In this document: one piece after another, positions 58,986 to 64,000 of the stretch
How positions within the stretch are numbered: position 1 is the stretch's first letter
Layout: each line of letters begins with the position of its first letter
NCBI GenBank assembly: GCA_023334545.1
Contig: JAADVB010000070.1
Coordinates: 1-64,000, forward strand
DNA from: Salisapilia sapeloensis CBS 127946
Lineage: Eukaryota; Protista; Oomycota
Direction of reading: 5' to 3'
Length of the DNA stretch: 64,000 nt
The notes under the pieces: model-generated
What the model was told of the DNA's origin: nothing
Seen by the model: only the letters and a program-made list of their open reading frames with translations
The model's database searches: none
Made by a program: the position numbers and the translations under genes

Positions 58986-60474
58986 TTAGTCTAACAGACG
59001 TATATCCAAGGATCCCCACTTTAACTGTTGACCATGCTCGTCAGAGTTACCCCTCGACGCGGATAAATTGATCGTTTGCAGGGAAAATCGTTGTCGCTCT
59101 TCCTCATTCCACACTACATTCTTGTCTTCTGGTGCGCAAGCTTGGTGAAGCAAGTCGGCTAAAGTTTCACTGACATCGCTGTCGTGCATCTTTTCCGAGG
59201 CTGAGGCTACCGTTTGCCTTTGGTCATTACTTGAACGAAAATGGTCGCAACTACTCGCTCGAGTGTATCTGCCAAAGAAGTTGTGGAAACTTTCCTCTGA
59301 AGGAGAAGCCTCGCTGAGAGTACTCGAGACATAACCTTCCTTCATCGTCTCAATGTCTGACGACGACGACGACTCAAAATACAGTGCAAACGATTTTGCT
59401 AAATCCCCACCTTGATGATGCAGCTGAACACCAATAAGGCAGTCTTTACAGAACATCTCCTTTTCTGGTCGACGGTGCTTTAGCCGCAGCTGGAAGATAA
59501 CGTGTTTTTGCCGGCATCGTTTGCACACTTGCTTGTGACAGCCAGCACAACGAACAAGTTTGCTGAATAGCGGTGGCTGCAGCCCACACAGATCACAAGC
59601 GACACTAAGGGATGCCTTACGTTCAGCTGCTTCAAGCATGAGGGCTGAGAGAGCCTTTGCTCTTGCAGCTTGTACACAGGAGGCGACGGCTGATACACAG
59701 ATCTTCAAAATTTGATCCGAGACGACACTTGTGAGGAACCTGTGCACTCTGGTATGAATGAGGTTGAAAACGCCGACACATCCTTTCGTGATATCTCGAT
59801 ACAAATTCACGGAAGTGTAGTCTGCTTTTAGCATCCTCGAGTTCCTGTCCCTGGTTTCAGCTACATTAATCGGGAGTACGATGCGGTAGGTTAATCGCTC
59901 TTGTGCAGCGTTGTATACGACTCCAAGGCGCTACAAGTAGACGTGAGTGGTTGACGAAAGTAGCGGATGGTATGATGCGAAATACCTCATATGTGACGAC
60001 TTCCCGTGGAGCTGTTAATGGCAGGAACGGTAACTGGAGAGCCATCCATGTTATTGCCTCGAACAAAACTGGGGACTCCGGGTCGTATTTCTGGTACACA
60101 TGTACGACGGAAGAGTCCAATAATGTGCGAGGGTAGATGATGGTATTCGTGATTCGATGCACTTCTGTTGAGTCAGCGTAGACGCCACGCATGACTTCGC
60201 TAGCCGACCCAGGCACGATCCCACTCGCCAAAAACACTCTTCTAGTAGGCTTGGCACAGCAACTGTCGTTGTCAATGTAGATGGAAGAAGCCTTTTTAGT
60301 TTTAAGGTGCCTCCACTTGTCGCAAGTGCTCTTCCCCGCATGAAAATCATCATGCTCTACAATTGCACGATCTAGCAAGTCATCTGCGGTTTCCGCGAGT
60401 AGCTGGCGTCGTTCTTCACTCAATTCATCACGGTGGAGACCGCTCAAGGCGTCATACGCAAATGGGAGGTCCAT
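58986..60474 (-). CDS. START-like + FYVE-like protein, copy 14 (intron 59931-59985)
   Basis: SGIVPG, TYE|RLG; CDLC..CAGC..CKRC..CKDC; ends LDIRLLD; close paralog of copy 13. Confidence 0.87.
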
Positions 60475-60485
60475 CTAGCTCGACG

Positions 60486-60500
60486 CAAATGTGAAAGTGG
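60486..60500 (-). promoter_or_regulatory. Inr/FPR-like core promoter motif upstream of copy 14
   Basis: The minus strand reads CCACTTTCACATTTG 11 nt upstream of the ATG. The equivalent site upstream of copy 13 reads TCACTTTTTAATTTG. Confidence 0.4.
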
Positions 60501-60749
60501 AATGCATCGGGAAGCTCACATAGAGCAAGTAAGCGAGAGGAATATTAGAACAAAACGATTGAACCGCATATTCGGACGTCTCCCAGCCGAAAGGATATGG
60601 GAATTTGCTTGAAACTCTGACCAACTCCATGCGAAACCAATGATAACGTAAATAGTTTCAGAAAAGTGGGTAGAAATCCCCCCCACACTTAGCACGAATA
60701 GAATTTTATCTGGACTTAATATTCCGCCCAAGTTACATCACTTCTATGT

Positions 60750-62219
60750 TCAGTCGAGTGAGTTCATTTCGAGAGAGCCCCATGTCACGCGATCCACAGG
60801 TTCCTTCGCTTCTTCGTGCTCACTTGAAAGTGTACTACAACGCGTTGAAAATCGATGCCTTTCATCCGCATTCCATTCTACTTCCCCCTGATGTGATGAC
60901 CAAACTCGCCCCAGCAGACTTGATAGCTCCTTCTCCACTTCACTCTCTCGGTATGACTTCGGACTGGTCATTTGACTCGTTCCGTCACAAGCTTCGGATG
61001 CTGATACGAGATCCGATGCTTCCATATCATCTGGAAGTAGGAAAGGTGTGGACCCTTCTGACAAGATTGACATGACTTCGTCTGATGGCGACATGACAAA
61101 CCACGGTTTTCGACCAAACTTGTCTTCCATGGATCCTAACTCAGACGCAGATGAATTGGAGCCACACTCTTCCGTCGGTGACAGCCTTACGGGCTCATTC
61201 GGATCATGAAACTGTACGTTCATAATGCAACTGGAGCAGAACATCTCTTTCTCCGCTTTCTTCGTCCGAACGTTTAGTCGGAAGACGACCTGTTGACAGC
61301 GACATCGGCGGCAAACCTGACGACTGCAACCTTTGCACACGCGTAGTTTTGTTAACAGGGCAGGTGAATGCTCGCACAGGTCACATCGAGTGCTTGAAGA
61401 CGCCTTCCGATTCAGGTTTTGCCTCACTAGAGCAGACAGTGCCTTTGCTTTTGCTACTTGAATGCAGTGCAGGGTCACGGACCCACCTAGTCCAATCATT
61501 CGATCGGCAATGTAACCAAGAAAGAGCTTAGGCGCTATACTATCAACAATGGCAAACGTGCGGACACATGCTTCGCCGACATCTCGATAGAGGAGGACGG
61601 CCGTATAATTTGACTGGTAGTTTCGGGAACTTGCCGAATTGCCTGATTGCTCCGTGTCGATTGGAATCGTGAGGCGATAGCCATATCGATCGTTATTCTC
61701 GTCACAGACGAAGCCCATGCGTTCATACGATACTAGTTCCCGAGGATGCTGAAATGGAAGAGGATGTGGCTGAACTGCCACCCATGTGACTGCTTCTAAC
61801 ATGACTGGAGCTTCTGACGCTGCTTTCTGAAACACATGGACGAGGGAGCAGTCCAAGAGTGACCCTGGGTACGTGAGATGGTTGACAATTTGGTACGTGT
61901 CCGTCGTGTCAGCGTACATGCCGCGCAACACTTCTGTGGCTGATCCAGGCACCATGCCACTAGCCATGAACGTCCGTCGCCCAGCTTCTGTTGGCGTCCA
62001 TTCGGAGGTCTCCTGATCAATATAGGCCGCAGTCGGAAAATTCTCTTTCATAAGACGCCATCGATTATGAGTTTGCTGTCGATGAAAGGCTCTGTACTCT
62101 TGCAGCGTTCGTTGGAGCAAGTCTTGCGCAGTCTCCGCGAGCAGTGCACGCCGTTCTGCCGAATAGCAACTCGATGGGACACCATGGAGTACACCAATCA
62201 TCGAATCGGACGTCATCAT
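60750..62219 (-). CDS. START-like + FYVE-like protein, copy 15 (intronless)
   Basis: SGMVPG, EAVTW, YERMG; CDLC..CKGC..CRRC..CSSC; ends LEMNSLD. Confidence 0.87.
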   Translation of the reverse strand: MMTSDSMIGVLHGVPSSCYSAERRALLAETAQDLLQRTLQEYRAFHRQQTHNRWRLMKENFPTAAYIDQETSEWTPTEAGRRTFMASGMVPGSATEVLRGMYADTTDTYQIVNHLTYPGSLLDCSLVHVFQKAASEAPVMLEAVTWVAVQPHPLPFQHPRELVSYERMGFVCDENNDRYGYRLTIPIDTEQSGNSASSRNYQSNYTAVLLYRDVGEACVRTFAIVDSIAPKLFLGYIADRMIGLGGSVTLHCIQVAKAKALSALVRQNLNRKASSSTRCDLCEHSPALLTKLRVCKGCSRQVCRRCRCQQVVFRLNVRTKKAEKEMFCSSCIMNVQFHDPNEPVRLSPTEECGSNSSASELGSMEDKFGRKPWFVMSPSDEVMSILSEGSTPFLLPDDMEASDLVSASEACDGTSQMTSPKSYRESEVEKELSSLLGRVWSSHQGEVEWNADERHRFSTRCSTLSSEHEEAKEPVDRVTWGSLEMNSLD

Positions 62220-64000
62220 TGTGCGCTTCGTCGGGAAAATAGAGAAGTGGGACGCATTAAAAACAGGGGGAAGTCGAAGGTTAGAAGCTTACAGGGAACT
62301 ATCTATGATACATCCTCTCGCTAGAAAGTTACATTCAAGTCGATGGTCTATACATTTGATGGGATCCAAGCTTGGATTCATGGAATCAAGTCCCAGAACT
62401 CAGCAGAGTACACGGATAGCATAAAATTGGAAGAAGAACGGTATCGCGGATCGTAGAACTATGGTGATCATGCCAACAAGGTAAATCTTCGAAAGAACAA
62501 GAGGCGGTTGTCGCGATGTTGTCGCTCTACCAAGGCACTTCTTCGTCAGGTCTTCATGTCGTGTGTATTTGAAGCATGCAGGCATGCACGAGAGACGTGA
62601 TATGCACATGCATCAGATATTTCTCGTACCCGTAAATTACTCCACTGGTCGTTTATGAGTCTTGGATAGTACATGGCCGCTTGTGAATAGACTTCGAATT
62701 TCATCCTATTATCGCTCTCTGGAAGGATTATGCCTTCATTCTCGGCTGACATGGAAACCCATGCTGTATCACTGTCCTTGATCTTTGTGCCGCAGCTTTT
62801 TGAGATCCATCAAGCAGCTTTTCAGCATCGATCGACGAATTAGATTTGCCCATCTTACAAGAAACAAGACGATGCTGCACGACACGGATGTCCCGTGCTT
62901 GATCTCCACTGGATTCACATTCTGTCTGATCTCAACTTTCGCCTTTCTATCTCGACTGACTAGAGCAGAATACAGGCCAGATAGTTCCCAAAGCCTCTTA
63001 GTCTGTGGCGCCTTTCCAAGTTGAGCGCTTAAAATGTAGTTAATGTGTTTCAGTGTTCAGAGAAACTTTTATCTGTACGAAAAGTGTACCTGGTGACTGC
63101 TACATTAGCTCGACCCAGCTTGTCTTCGCACCACTTAGTGTCAAGCCACGAAATGACATTCCGTTCGATTGCGACTGCATTTATGGCATAAGGCTTCATT
63201 GTACATCCCGTTCTTTTCCATGTTTCGAGAAAAAACTATCAAAGTGTCCAGTAACGTAGGCATCGTTCGGATAGCCCCTCGTTTCGTATTTAGCTTAATT
63301 CTCGCAGTCATTTTACAAATTTTCATTTATCTGATTGTAGTGCATACCAGTGCCTTTGCATTCATAGCGAGTCCCCCTCTCTACATACGTGTGTCTTGTA
63401 GAGAGATGACTTTGAGCCTCAACGATGTAAATTGATCCTAAAAGATTTTAAGAAAAAATTAACGTGTCTGCGCATCCATACTACTGCCGTCGAATCCCTA
63501 CGCGTTTAAGTCGCTTAGCATATGAAGCGTCAAGTAGATGGGAAGCGTCAGAAAGGTCTCTTGTTCCTCACTCGCAGTAATATTGAGCATGCATTCAGTC
63601 GAAGGGATAAACCGTTTGCCAAGGTAGCTACCGACCTTCAGTTTCTTGTTTTTCAATCTCGAGAATGCTGTAGTCAGCTTTATGCTTCTATTTTACTTTG
63701 AAACAGTCTGGGCTACAAAGGAAGTCACTGCTGTACCAAATAACTACCTCGCGTCATTCAAACGAAGCAATAATCGCTTTCGCACACAATAATGACTGCA
63801 GTCTATATGCTTGTTACTTATAAAGGTGCTTCATGACCGATTGGCATCCATGGCGGTAGTCTTCTAATCAACCGTATTAACTTGTAAGTGCTTTTATAAA
63901 GATATCATTCTCTATTGGTAGCTTAGGAGCGAATCTCATGCTTGACACTGTTTGATTTAAGACTCAAGTAATATCTTTCATCAGCTAGAGATTATTTGTA

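Larger units (their letters stand above)
56425..61250. repeat. Direct tandem duplication: 56425-~58680 versus 58986-~61250
   Basis: Copy 13 + intergenic + relic aligns with copy 14 + intergenic + 3' end of copy 15, including noncoding sequence (GGACTTAATATTCCGC.CAAGTTACATCACTTCTATGTTCAGTCGA at 58146 and 60712). Confidence 0.88.

Noticed and set aside
62546-62800. Minus-strand ORF MSAENEGIILPESDNRMKFEVYSQ.. upstream of copy 15
   Set aside because: No START motifs and no recognisable homology. It may be an exon fragment but is unsupported.
1-64000. Numerous antisense or alternate-frame ORFs overlapping real genes; search for transposons, tRNA/rRNA, CRISPR and telomeric repeats
   Set aside because: The overlapping ORFs are shadows of GC-richer coding sequence. 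No transposase/RT motifs, terminal repeats, cloverleaf-like sequences or spacer arrays were seen by eye.

Overview
Gene-dense eukaryotic DNA with short GT-AG introns (about 44-73 nt). An oomycete or close stramenopile relative is inferred from START+FYVE-like proteins, small RWP-RK factors, a PAN/Apple secreted protein and Inr/FPR-like promoter motifs. The first ~20 kb holds mostly single-copy genes: FPGS, PRP19, an APE1/ExoIII endonuclease, a GT32-like protein, ZZ-finger and IQ/EF-hand proteins, and a BLUF-like TEX47/DYBLUP-type protein. Four small RWP-RK transcription factors are scattered over 6.5-29 kb and three paralogous lipases lie at 20.7-28.5 kb. From 29.2 to 62.2 kb the window is a single tandem array of 15 intact, highly diverged START-like + FYVE-like genes plus two truncated relics. 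Their zinc fingers lack the canonical PI3P-binding motif, and their otherwise unalignable tails keep two short motifs: WNxxE(R) and a terminal hydrophobic-x-x-L-D-stop. All domain calls and splice models are by-eye pattern recognition, not database results. No transposon, RNA gene or CRISPR array was recognised.
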